Shown here piece after piece: positions 22,010 to 30,214 of a stretch of DNA of 32,602 nucleotides. This stretch comes from a virus. Where the stretch lies: IMG/VR virus record IMGVR_UViG_3300031215_000004; one strand, given 5' to 3'. Positions within the stretch are counted from its first letter, which is position 1, and the number at the start of each line of letters is the position of its first letter. A program made the position numbers and the translations under genes. The notes below the pieces were generated by a model. It did not search any database. It was not told where the DNA came from and saw nothing but the letters and a program-made list of their open reading frames with translations.

Positions 22010-23546
22010 TTGGTAATACCTCTGCCCCTGCTTGTGCTTGCGCTTCTGCTACTTGTTTCATGCCTGCTGCAAGCTCTTCTGCTGATACATCACGCAGTAA
22101 TGCTGACGGTGAGCCTGTTTTTTCACTTAACCACTGTGGTAATTTCTCAATTTCATAAGCCATCATGGCAAGTTGTGGGTTGATTCCTGCCGTCATTTGG
22201 AAAGTCTGCAAGAATTTCTGCACGTCTTCCATTGCCTGTGTCTGTGCAATAGGGCTGACCACCTGAACTTGTACGAAGAAATTATCGATCTCAAAGCCCT
22301 CTGGTAATTCTATAAGGCCCTTACGGTGCAGAATAGCCACAACGCGCTTAAATAGGGGTTGCACGTATTCAAACATGGCACGCCCGTAAGCGCTACCAAT
22401 ATCAGTTTGAAACTCGCGAATCCTTTCAGCAATCTCATAAGCGCTGGCTGGTGTTGCCTGCTGCTCTGGTAACCTGCTGTCCAGCATGGTCTTACGTATG
22501 CTTTCTTTTAGGTCACTAATCATAAACTCTTGCACGTCAAATGAGCCAGAGCGCTCAAGTGGTTGTATGCTTGGGCCGCTTGGGCCGCCGTTGCGCTCAA
22601 CAGGGATGAAAGCATTAGGCGCAATCTTAGCCATGTTAGGGTTAAACCCACCGTTTGAGGCAACAGTGTACACACCAAACACAGAAAGCGCCGCATTACG
22701 CAGCATATACTCTTTCATCTTATTCAAGGTTTTCACGTCAGCCATAGCCAATACAAAAGGCCCAATGCCAAAAGCATGGCCCGGTATTTTCAGCCAGCGC
22801 GGTGTAAAACAGATCTCTTCATTAAAGGTATTCTCGACCAAGCGGTGCTTGCTGCCCTCAAATATAACCTCATAGCGCCATACAAACTCATCATAATCAT
22901 AGTAACAAGCTTCAATAAGTTCAACATCATCATCGGGGTTGTCTTTAACCATTGTCTCAAGGTCACTATCAAGCGTCACCTTTTCATTGGGCCACGTGTG
23001 CTTGAGCAAGCGGGCCTTTACTTTGTACTTTCTAAAGCGCCCATCAACTGTGCCAAAACGGCCCTCCACAACGCCCATTTCGCTCATTGGCGTTGCTAGG
23101 AAATTAAGCGGTTGGTTTTGGTCACCTTCATGGCACCAGAGCGCACCAGTACCGATACCCCATTCAAAGTACATTTCAGCACTCGCGGTTGAGAAGTTTG
23201 AGGCATTAAGATAAGTAAACACAACATCAGTGAGCTTTTCCAATTCTTTGTTATATTTTTTGCGTTGTTTTTCAGGTACGCCCGGCCCTGCTTTAAGCTC
23301 TGCCCAACGTGTAAAGACAGGGGTAAAGTTACTCTGCATGGTATTTACAAAGTTGCTTGCAGCGTTCATTGCCGTACTGTCATATTGTACCTTTGGTTTA
23401 TTGTGACTGCCACCCTGTTGATTAAATGTATTACGGTAAGGCAGCATAAACTCATAAGAATCCTCAAAGAGAGTCCTGTTAAGGTCACGCTCTGTAAAAC
23501 CCTTATTGGCTCTTACGACTACTTTCTCAACGGTCAGCTGTGTCAT
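21993..23546 (-). CDS. Portal (head-to-tail connector) protein, 517 aa
   Basis: Size, position after TerL, and a podovirus-connector-like N-terminus (FTERDLNRTLFEDSYEFMLPYRNTFN). TAATG coupling. Confidence 0.88.
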   Translation of the reverse strand: MTQLTVEKVVVRANKGFTERDLNRTLFEDSYEFMLPYRNTFNQQGGSHNKPKVQYDSTAMNAASNFVNTMQSNFTPVFTRWAELKAGPGVPEKQRKKYNKELEKLTDVVFTYLNASNFSTASAEMYFEWGIGTGALWCHEGDQNQPLNFLATPMSEMGVVEGRFGTVDGRFRKYKVKARLLKHTWPNEKVTLDSDLETMVKDNPDDDVELIEACYYDYDEFVWRYEVIFEGSKHRLVENTFNEEICFTPRWLKIPGHAFGIGPFVLAMADVKTLNKMKEYMLRNAALSVFGVYTVASNGGFNPNMAKIAPNAFIPVERNGGPSGPSIQPLERSGSFDVQEFMISDLKESIRKTMLDSRLPEQQATPASAYEIAERIREFQTDIGSAYGRAMFEYVQPLFKRVVAILHRKGLIELPEGFEIDNFFVQVQVVSPIAQTQAMEDVQKFLQTFQMTAGINPQLAMMAYEIEKLPQWLSEKTGSPSALLRDVSAEELAAGMKQVAEAQAQAGAEVLPSGQQQ

Positions 23547-23785
23547 TAACCTAAATTCCCTCTTTTGCCTTCATCTTCTGGTGTCACACCAGTCTCAAGG
23601 CCTGATAACAATGATTTTGACCCAGAGCGACCAGATCGTGAGCGTTGTGCTGCCGCATCTTTCTTGTCACGCTTGGCCTCATCATCTGCGAGTTTTTGTT
23701 CTTGTGCTGCAAGTCGTGCCTCTTGGGCTTTAAGCGCAGAGTTGTCTGGTTTGCCGCCCCCAAATATCTTACTGACTTTTCCCAT
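23546..23785 (-). CDS. Small charged protein, 79 aa (coiled N-terminal half, ...RSGRSGSKSLLSGLETG tail), conserved position upstream of the portal
   Basis: ATG lies 1 nt after the GNAT stop. TAATG overlap with the portal start. Confidence 0.7.
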   Translation of the reverse strand: MGKVSKIFGGGKPDNSALKAQEARLAAQEQKLADDEAKRDKKDAAAQRSRSGRSGSKSLLSGLETGVTPEDEGKRGNLG

Positions 23786-23786
23786 A

Positions 23787-24260
23787 TTATAATTCTTTCA
23801 TAAATACGCGGGCATGAGGTATTTCTGCCCAACCGTTACGCCTCAATAGAATATTAAAGCCCCGTGCTGCTTTACCATCATCATCAATACTGGCTGTGCT
23901 GGATGAATAAAACAACTTAGCGCCCTTAGTTTTGCACATATCCTCAATAAAATCTAGCATAGGTTTGGCAATACCGTAGCCTGATCCATTAGGGTTGGTA
24001 AAAAATAGCTCTTCAACTGCAACCTTTTCAACCGACCAAGGGTTACCAAGCCCTGCCATGACAAAGCCACCAAGCTCACCCTCATCATCATAAGCAGCCA
24101 CAATACAATAATCAGGGTCTTCCATCATAGCCAGCAACGACTTGTATGTGTTTTCTTTTGAGGGTGTCAGGTTTTTTATCCAGCCCGACTCGACAAAGAA
24201 TTTACCACCTATGTGCGCAATGGCTGCAAGGTCTTCAAGTGTGGCCTCTTTAATTAACAT
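23787..24260 (-). CDS. GNAT-family N-acetyltransferase, 157 aa
   Basis: The ATG at 24260 forms a TAATG overlap with the TerL stop (the track's 24275 start is a TTG). GNAT core: CIVAAYDDEGELGGFVMAG...VEELFFTNPNGSGYGIAKPMLDFIEDMCKTKGAK. Confidence 0.8.
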   Translation of the reverse strand: MLIKEATLEDLAAIAHIGGKFFVESGWIKNLTPSKENTYKSLLAMMEDPDYCIVAAYDDEGELGGFVMAGLGNPWSVEKVAVEELFFTNPNGSGYGIAKPMLDFIEDMCKTKGAKLFYSSSTASIDDDGKAARGFNILLRRNGWAEIPHARVFMKEL

Positions 24261-25825
24261 TAGAACGGACTCCAATCTTCTGTTGCAATATAGGTTTCTT
24301 GCAGCTTACGGCCCTGCTGGGTCTGTGCAACCTTCTTGGCAAAGGTTAATAAGAAAGCATCACCGTTATCTGGTGAAAACTTATATTCTTTTTTAAATTC
24401 TTTCTTGCTCTGCATCTTGAGGATTCTGTTGTTGTGCCAGTCATGTAAGCGTGCAGACAGCTCTGACTGTATTGATTGCGCATCTTTCTCTGACAGCTTA
24501 GACATTGAACAGGGCACGTCCTCAAACCACTCACGGGCATATCTAAACATTTGGGCCGTCATATCTGCGTTGTTTTCTGGGTCAAGAGCAGCACCACCAA
24601 AATTGACCATATTAACAATATGACCATAACCAGCGCCAATAAGGTTGTCATACAGGCCAACACCCAAGCCACCTGCATCAACATTGACCACAGCAGGTTT
24701 ATATTTCTCAATGTCTTGTATCATGCGCGTTGTGCTCTGGTCTAATCTCATAGGCTTGTAACGCTCATGCTTAATACTGGTACGGCCCTTACGATGGTGC
24801 ACAACAAACCTATCGCCACCCAAACGGGCAGGGTCAACGCCAAAGACAAGGGGGGCTGTGCTTTGTATTGGCTGGGTGTTACGTGCGCGGCGCACCAATA
24901 AAGGTTTAATATAGCTGTCAGCACCAGAAGCCTCAAAAGCCTCCTCTGGTGTAAATGGGTACTCTCTACAAAAGCGCTCTGTGTCACCCTGAAAATCATC
25001 CCGTATTTTCTTGCGCCGCCATGCCAAGTGCTCAAGGGTCAGCCCATCTTTGGCAAACATATCAAAATACTCTTGCTCACTGGTAAAGTCTTGGTCAGCA
25101 ACAGGCTGTGCCAGCTCAAATGTGTCATCCACCTCACGCTCATATTCTGGCTGCCAATACCATGGTATAAATACAAGCTCAAAGTCACTTTCCACATCAT
25201 CACTCATGGCTTGCACGCACGCACGGTGGAAGTAATTACCCTGACCGTTTGCCGTGCTTTCAAGTATTATCTCTGTGCCATCATCATCTGCAACCGTTTG
25301 TAAGATACCTGCGCTGTGGTCGTCACAGTTTGGGCTGTATGCCACCTCTGACCAGTGTATTTGTTGGAAAGTCTTTGAGCGCCCCATACCCTTTGTGCCT
25401 GCCGTACCCACTTTGTAACCGCTTTTAAGGTTAGGGAAAAGCAATTCTCTTGCGTTTGAGCGCCCCAAGTGTGGCCTGAATAGTGGGTCGTCACTCTCAT
25501 CATAATAAGTATTAACCATGTCATACAATGAGCTTGAGGCTTCACTGTCATGCGCAAAGATAAAGGTGAGTAGGGCCTTAATGGTAACTGATTTATGATA
25601 AAACCGTGCGCCAACGTATGTGCTGCAACCCTGCTGCCTGCCCTTTAAGATGATAGCACGCACACGCCCGGTACGTTTAAGCTGGTCTTCAAGCCTTTCA
25701 TGCAGATATTCTTGCGCACGGTTAAACTTAAAAGGAATCAGTGGCCCTGTCTTGGGCTTAATCTTTAGCTGGTTTTCAGCATAAAGCTGTAAATCGTCAA
25801 ATAACTGCTCTTGTAAATCATTCAT
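24260..25825 (-). CDS. terL: Terminase large subunit, 521 aa
   Basis: Walker A-like ILKGRQQGCSTY. ATPase plus C-terminal nuclease-like region (VVNVDAGGLGVGLYD). Size and context fit. Confidence 0.92.
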   Translation of the reverse strand: MNDLQEQLFDDLQLYAENQLKIKPKTGPLIPFKFNRAQEYLHERLEDQLKRTGRVRAIILKGRQQGCSTYVGARFYHKSVTIKALLTFIFAHDSEASSSLYDMVNTYYDESDDPLFRPHLGRSNARELLFPNLKSGYKVGTAGTKGMGRSKTFQQIHWSEVAYSPNCDDHSAGILQTVADDDGTEIILESTANGQGNYFHRACVQAMSDDVESDFELVFIPWYWQPEYEREVDDTFELAQPVADQDFTSEQEYFDMFAKDGLTLEHLAWRRKKIRDDFQGDTERFCREYPFTPEEAFEASGADSYIKPLLVRRARNTQPIQSTAPLVFGVDPARLGGDRFVVHHRKGRTSIKHERYKPMRLDQSTTRMIQDIEKYKPAVVNVDAGGLGVGLYDNLIGAGYGHIVNMVNFGGAALDPENNADMTAQMFRYAREWFEDVPCSMSKLSEKDAQSIQSELSARLHDWHNNRILKMQSKKEFKKEYKFSPDNGDAFLLTFAKKVAQTQQGRKLQETYIATEDWSPF

Positions 25826-25934
25826 CTAAACTATCCATACCATCAAACAAGCCCCACATACAGTAAATCATATATGCCAAAAGACACGCGCCAAAGGCAC
25901 AGAACACAGCCAGTATTGATAAAATTGTAATCAT
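25818..25934 (-). CDS. Small membrane peptide, 38 aa (MITILSILAVFCAFGACLLAYMIYCMWGLFDGMDSLDE)
   Basis: Hand-translated. ATGA overlap with the upstream 108-aa gene and an 8-nt overlap with the TerL start. One TM segment. Below the track cutoff. Confidence 0.45.
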   Translation of the reverse strand: MITILSILAVFCAFGACLLAYMIYCMWGLFDGMDSLDE

Positions 25935-26257
25935 GCGTTACCTGCTGGCATTATAATTGTCTGCTTTTTACGGGCAATCTCTTGATCTTTGAGCGCCTCA
26001 CTGAAAGCCATACGGAAAAGCTCTGCATGGTCGGCAACACTGAAAGTGTCAATGCTATTGGCTGACGCATACAGAGTCCCATAGATTGAAGCGGTACAAA
26101 CCACAAGCCACTCCTCATTTTGCCATGCGACTGATAATGAATAACAGCTTTTTTGCATAGCCTTTGCTATCTGTAACACCTTACCCTTACGCTCATAATC
26201 AAGCTCTGGTACTATCTCACCATCTTCATTGAAGGGGTTGTCGCCTATATCAATCAT
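25931..26257 (-). CDS. Hypothetical protein, 108 aa
   Basis: ORF with ATGA overlaps at both ends. No recognisable motif. Confidence 0.7.
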   Translation of the reverse strand: MIDIGDNPFNEDGEIVPELDYERKGKVLQIAKAMQKSCYSLSVAWQNEEWLVVCTASIYGTLYASANSIDTFSVADHAELFRMAFSEALKDQEIARKKQTIIMPAGNA

Positions 26258-26385
26258 ATTGTTGCCTTTTTCAGTGCCGTCTTTGCCTTTTCAAAGCTTA
26301 TCATTTTACCATACAAAGAGCCACTAAGCTTTTTGGCAACGTGTTTGAGGCATTGCTTACGTAGGTGACGTGCTGGTTGTGTCAT
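26254..26385 (-). CDS. Small basic protein, 43 aa (MTQPARHLRKQCLKHVAKKLSGSLYGKMISFEKAKTALKKATI)
   Basis: Hand-translated. Exactly fills the gap between the methyltransferase and the 108-aa gene, with ATGA overlaps at both ends. Confidence 0.45.
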   Translation of the reverse strand: MTQPARHLRKQCLKHVAKKLSGSLYGKMISFEKAKTALKKATI

Positions 26386-27116
26386 AAGAATAAATCCACT
26401 TGCTGTTGTCTTACGCGCATTGTTTCAGGTAATTTTTCACTCTGGGCCTCTGCAATGCGCTTACATGCAGCCTCAAAATAGTCACGGTCAAACTCAATAC
26501 CAATAAACTTACGCCCGGCGCGCACAGCTGCAACGCCTGTGCTACCTGCACCCATGTAAGGGTCGAAGATAGTCTTGCAATCTGTGAAGGTCATACACCA
26601 ATCCATGAGCTGTACGGGCTTCTGTGTAGGGTGTACACGCTCTGCGCCCTTCTCACTGTCACGCAGAAAGCCATCCCAAACATGGTAAAAGGTACGCGCT
26701 GCGCCATACTCACTGCACCAAGCAAGCTCACAGTCAGCCTGATTCCTTGACGGTGATACTTGGCAACGCTTATCCCAATTAAGCCAGCGCCCATTGTGAG
26801 GCAGGTTATGTGCGTAATGGTTTGCGCCCCATAGTATCTGCTCTTTACCTATCAGCCACGGTGTAGGGTCAAACTCCTCATCGTTACCCATGACAGGCTT
26901 AAAGGTCTTACCCTGCCCTGTGCCTGTCTTACGGTTAAAATCCATGTCTGTCATTATTGGCACGCCATAAGGCGGGTCACTCACAACAGCAAGGTCGTCA
27001 ACGTCAAAGCCATGCTCAAGCGCGATGATAGCAGCAAGGCCCGGATTCCATTGTTTATTGTCACCACAGATAAGCACAGCATCACCAATGCGGACAATTT
27101 CAATACCTTCAATCAT
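26382..27116 (-). CDS. DNA methyltransferase, beta-class N6-adenine/N4-cytosine (N6_N4_Mtase family)
   Basis: Motif IV SDPPYG precedes motif I FDPYMGAGSTGVAA (beta-class order). ATGA overlap with TerS. Confidence 0.9.
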   Translation of the reverse strand: MIEGIEIVRIGDAVLICGDNKQWNPGLAAIIALEHGFDVDDLAVVSDPPYGVPIMTDMDFNRKTGTGQGKTFKPVMGNDEEFDPTPWLIGKEQILWGANHYAHNLPHNGRWLNWDKRCQVSPSRNQADCELAWCSEYGAARTFYHVWDGFLRDSEKGAERVHPTQKPVQLMDWCMTFTDCKTIFDPYMGAGSTGVAAVRAGRKFIGIEFDRDYFEAACKRIAEAQSEKLPETMRVRQQQVDLFL

Positions 27117-27817
27117 TTCTTTTCTTTCTCTGCTGCACGCTTGGCTGCAATCTTATCGACTAGGCTCTCATAATCTTCATTTACATTCTGGGTGCGCTCA
27201 ACAAACATACCCAGCGCCTTGGCTAGGCTATCAAGGGCTTTATTCTTGTCATGAAATACAACCTCAACGCCACTGCTGGTGGTCTTCACTGATTTAATAC
27301 AGGTGCGCAGGTGCTGTGGTATCTCTGAAAGGTCTTTAATCATCACAATAGGGCCTGTGATATTCAGCGCTTGAGTAATGTCTGACTGTGCCAGCTTATA
27401 CCATTCACCCATTACAAAATCCGCAAGGTCTTCATGGCTTTCAAGTCTGCGCTTACGTTCTATATCAACGGCATCCATTACCTTAACAGTCCCTAACAAT
27501 CTTGAGGCAGAGGCTTCACACCCGCTATAGTCTTCAAGGTCAATCTTACCATAGGCTTTGGCGTATGCGCGTGTGCCGTTGTAACCAATATCAGGGTGGC
27601 AATACCAATACACAAAATCCTCTTGCTGTGGGTTAAGACCAAGGCCCTCAAATTGTGGGTAATTACTCACCACTTTCTTTGTCTTCTTAACCATTGCGGC
27701 ATTTTCCTTTGTTGTGTTTTTCTTCTTATCAGGCACAACGCGCTTGCGGTACTTTGGTGTCCACAGGTCACGCGCTATGTTGTTACGTTTCTTGGGGGGC
27801 TTCATACCAAAACTCAT
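27113..27817 (-). CDS. terS: Terminase small subunit
   Basis: LNPQQEDFVYWYCHPDIGYNGTRAYAKAYG...ASASRLLGTVKVMDAV fits the small-terminase HTH pattern. Basic N-terminus. Start uncertain (27817, 27805 or 27694). Confidence 0.72.
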   Translation of the reverse strand: MSFGMKPPKKRNNIARDLWTPKYRKRVVPDKKKNTTKENAAMVKKTKKVVSNYPQFEGLGLNPQQEDFVYWYCHPDIGYNGTRAYAKAYGKIDLEDYSGCEASASRLLGTVKVMDAVDIERKRRLESHEDLADFVMGEWYKLAQSDITQALNITGPIVMIKDLSEIPQHLRTCIKSVKTTSSGVEVVFHDKNKALDSLAKALGMFVERTQNVNEDYESLVDKIAAKRAAEKEKK

Positions 27818-28004
27818 AATTTTCTGGCACTAAAGCCCAATACAAAAAGTCGTCCATGTTTTCCTCTGTGCAAGCCTCACCAGAACAGCCTATATACTCA
27901 CCATCATCAGTGCGCGTAAATATATCTGCACCAGAGCCATCATTATACAGCACAACAAACTTTGAGCCTTTAGGCGGGTATGTGTCATCCATCAAATTAA
28001 ACAT
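27783..28004 (-). CDS. Hypothetical acidic protein, 73 aa
   Basis: ATG overlaps the upstream stop. ORF is in operon register. Confidence 0.65.
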   Translation of the reverse strand: MFNLMDDTYPPKGSKFVVLYNDGSGADIFTRTDDGEYIGCSGEACTEENMDDFLYWALVPENYEFWYEAPQET

Positions 28005-28479
28005 ACATCAACTCCATATAATCAAACTTGTCACCAAGGCACTGCTGAATTGTAACAGGCTCACCAGTCAGCTCAAGACAGCGCCCATTATACACCATGG
28101 CATAAGCCTCAACGTAACCCCTACCAGCAGCAAACTCATTGCCCTTGTCAGTTATGCGCCAAAAGCCAGAGGTTTTTTTACCATCATCACCCTCATTGTG
28201 CGGTTGTTTTTGAATAAGCCCCCAATAAGAAAGCTTACTCAAATCACCACAGCTGGTAGAGCCAAGCACCAGATTCCTTGCGTGTACCCATTGACCGTTG
28301 CCATAGTTTTTGTGCATGTGTATCAGCTGGCGTGCCATGAAAGAGTTAATCTTGCGTTTATAAACCTTAACAAACTGACCGCATACAGGGCAATCACAGC
28401 CCTTATCCCTTGCCTCTTCCATTACCCTATGCTTTTCAGTCTCAAGCGGTGTGACCTTATCAAATAAATTTGCTTGCAT
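27997..28479 (-). CDS. Hypothetical protein with an N-terminal Cys cluster (CDCPVCG), possible zinc-ribbon plus winged-helix, 160 aa
   Basis: GCDCPVCGQFVKVYKRKINSFMARQL...LSYWGLI...FWRITDKGNEFAAG recalls a common phage protein family of unknown function. TAATG coupling. Confidence 0.72.
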   Translation of the reverse strand: MQANLFDKVTPLETEKHRVMEEARDKGCDCPVCGQFVKVYKRKINSFMARQLIHMHKNYGNGQWVHARNLVLGSTSCGDLSKLSYWGLIQKQPHNEGDDGKKTSGFWRITDKGNEFAAGRGYVEAYAMVYNGRCLELTGEPVTIQQCLGDKFDYMELMYV

Positions 28480-28697
28480 TAGATTAACCCCTTATCTTTA
28501 GCCAACCACTCTGGCATTGATACCGTTACAACCGTGCTGTCGGTTTCTTCTGTAATCTCAATCTGTGACAGTGGTAAGAATATCCATTTTTCTCTGTCAT
28601 TCTCATCAAGCTCACCCTGAAAGAAGGCTTGCGCCTTACCCTTAACAATGCGTGGCTCAAGGCTCACGTCAACTATGTTTGATTTTCCTGTGGTCAT
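28479..28697 (-). CDS. Hypothetical protein, 72 aa
   Basis: ORF with TAATG overlap downstream. WIFLPLSQIEI...MPEWLAKDKGLI is a pattern seen in small phage proteins. Confidence 0.68.
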   Translation of the reverse strand: MTTGKSNIVDVSLEPRIVKGKAQAFFQGELDENDREKWIFLPLSQIEITEETDSTVVTVSMPEWLAKDKGLI

Positions 28698-28700
28698 GGC

Positions 28701-28907
28701 TTACCCCTGTGGTGTTGGCGAGCAGACTTCGCTGCCAGCGTGTTTGTTGATTGCTGCGCCGTACAGAGCACAGTTACTATCGCGCACAGAGTCCATGCGG
28801 TCAGCCTCTTTGTTAAGACCTGTAAGCAGTGCCCAGCCCATAAGACTGATAACGGCAGAACCCACGAGGCAATAAAGCGCCCCTCTTAATATTTTCTTAA
28901 ACATCAT
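28701..28907 (-). CDS. Small membrane-anchored protein, 68 aa (MMFKKILRGALYCLVGSAVISLMGWALLTGL...)
   Basis: The track ORF 28701..29048 overlaps the upstream gene. The internal ATG at 28907 (or 28904) overlaps the upstream stop (28897) and gives an N-terminal signal-anchor. Confidence 0.55.
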   Translation of the reverse strand: MMFKKILRGALYCLVGSAVISLMGWALLTGLNKEADRMDSVRDSNCALYGAAINKHAGSEVCSPTPQG

Positions 28908-29133
28908 CACCCCCCTCATCTTCATTAAAGTATTCACGTGCCCACTTGAGGTCGGCCTGTAACGCTTCAATTTTGGCTTTGATTGCGGTGATATAATTAC
29001 GGTTATGCTCAAGCATTGGTACTTGTTTGACCGTGCTAACCACATCAAAAATATCTTGACTGTATTGCTCTGCTATAACCACACAGCCCTCAAGCCATTC
29101 AATATCCTCTTGTAACTCTTTTGGTTGTCTCAT
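28897..29133 (-). CDS. Hypothetical acidic coiled-coil protein, 78 aa
   Basis: The ATG at 29133 has AAGGA 7 nt upstream. The track start at 29166 is a TTG. Confidence 0.62.
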   Translation of the reverse strand: MRQPKELQEDIEWLEGCVVIAEQYSQDIFDVVSTVKQVPMLEHNRNYITAIKAKIEALQADLKWAREYFNEDEGGDDV

Positions 29134-29168
29134 AATGATTCCTTTGTATTTAGTGCCTATGTACAAAG

Positions 29169-29642
29169 CTAATACAGATAAGGTACAAGGTCAAGCGTCT
29201 TTATTGTTATTTGCACGTGCGGCTGCTCTGGGTTTGGGGGTATGCGCTTTAAATGCAGGTCGTCAATAAACGAATCATCAAGTAGTAAACCCATGTCGAC
29301 CAAAAAATCAGAAAGCAGCTTTTCAAAGTTTGCAATATCACAAGGGTTTTTGTGGCGGTTACTTTTAAAGGCATAAGCATATTCAACGTGATAAGACAGG
29401 CCGGGGTGCGCCTCATGTAATGGCTTGAGCAAATACGTGCCCTGCTTAAAACTGTATTTTCTATTGCGCAAATCAATGTTGTAATTGCAGAGGTTCAAGT
29501 TTTCTTTTACGCACGCTTGAGCTGGGTGCTGTGCATCACGTGTCCACGCATTTGCCTTGGCTGTCTTTGTGCGCCCGCCCTTCTTTGAGTTGTTATATAA
29601 ACCGTTGAGGCTCACAGGTATTGGCAGCGTCAGCTTAATCAT
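29169..29642 (-). CDS. rusA: RusA-family Holliday junction resolvase
   Basis: MIKLTLPIPVSLNGLYN...GGR... and DIANFEKLLSDFLVDMGLLLDDSFIDDL fit the RusA signature (DxDNxxKxxxDxLxxxGxxxDDxxI). Confidence 0.82.
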   Translation of the reverse strand: MIKLTLPIPVSLNGLYNNSKKGGRTKTAKANAWTRDAQHPAQACVKENLNLCNYNIDLRNRKYSFKQGTYLLKPLHEAHPGLSYHVEYAYAFKSNRHKNPCDIANFEKLLSDFLVDMGLLLDDSFIDDLHLKRIPPNPEQPHVQITIKTLDLVPYLY

Positions 29643-30214
29643 TAGTAACCACCCTCCACCATAAAACGCTCATAATCGCGCATATAAGCCCATTCAGCAC
29701 TTGTGCGGTGGCATGGGTCAGTTTTATTGATTGCAACGTACACAGCCTTATCAAAAGGCGGTTTGTCGCCCCTTTCAATGATGGTGGCTATGTCAGCAGG
29801 CGTGGGCATTTCAGTATAATGCTTTGCGTAGTAAGCCAGCGCCCCCCGTATTTGCTCATAAGTATAATCTGCAAGCACAAAACGAAACATTTTTGTTACG
29901 GATTCCATTTGGTCAGGTGTCTTGCCATAGACCTTGAGCGTGTCAAAGAACATAGACAGGGCGACTGCCAGCTCTTTTTTAGCCTCTGGACACTCTTTAA
30001 GTGTGAGCGCTTGGGGCTTGGTGTCAGCTGATACCTCGCATGATTGCCTCTTTTGCTGCGTTTGATTTATTACCCCCGTTGCCACTGCGCCCAACTTGGT
30101 CAGCCCATTCTGTCTCCCAGCCTCTTTGGTTGAGCCATGTGGTGGCGTGTTGATTATAGTTTCCTGCGTCACAGAATTTTCTATATTCTTTGGTTGCTCT
30201 GTCGAATTGTTCAT
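29642..30214 (-). CDS. Hypothetical replication-module protein, 190 aa. Start uncertain because the first about 63 codons overlap the upstream gene.
   Basis: The ATG at 30214 lies 191 nt inside the DUF1376 gene in another frame. The next in-frame ATG is at about 29953. The C-terminal half looks globular. Confidence 0.6.
   Translation of the reverse strand: MNNSTEQPKNIENSVTQETIINTPPHGSTKEAGRQNGLTKLGAVATGVINQTQQKRQSCEVSADTKPQALTLKECPEAKKELAVALSMFFDTLKVYGKTPDQMESVTKMFRFVLADYTYEQIRGALAYYAKHYTEMPTPADIATIIERGDKPPFDKAVYVAINKTDPCHRTSAEWAYMRDYERFMVEGGY

Noticed and set aside
27856-28467. 203-aa ORF on the + strand, antisense to genes 27783..28479
   Set aside because: Leu/Ile/Ser-rich composition typical of the antisense of a coding region. 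It opposes a tightly coupled minus-strand operon and has no promoter or RBS context.
28701-29048. Full-length 115-aa track ORF overlapping the 28897..29166 gene
   Set aside because: The upstream 47 codons overlap the neighbouring gene out of frame. The internal ATG at 28907 gives a sensible signal-anchor protein with the genome's usual stop/start overlap.
29585-29885. Apparent +1/-1 frame discrepancy when hand-translating rusA and the 190-aa gene (a C-run near 29588-29591 and an A-run near 29880-29883)
   Set aside because: My base-by-base count differed by one nucleotide, in compensating directions, at two homopolymer runs relative to the ORF track. The track is internally consistent on both strands. 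I attribute the difference to my own counting of homopolymers, not to a biological frameshift. Track coordinates were used.
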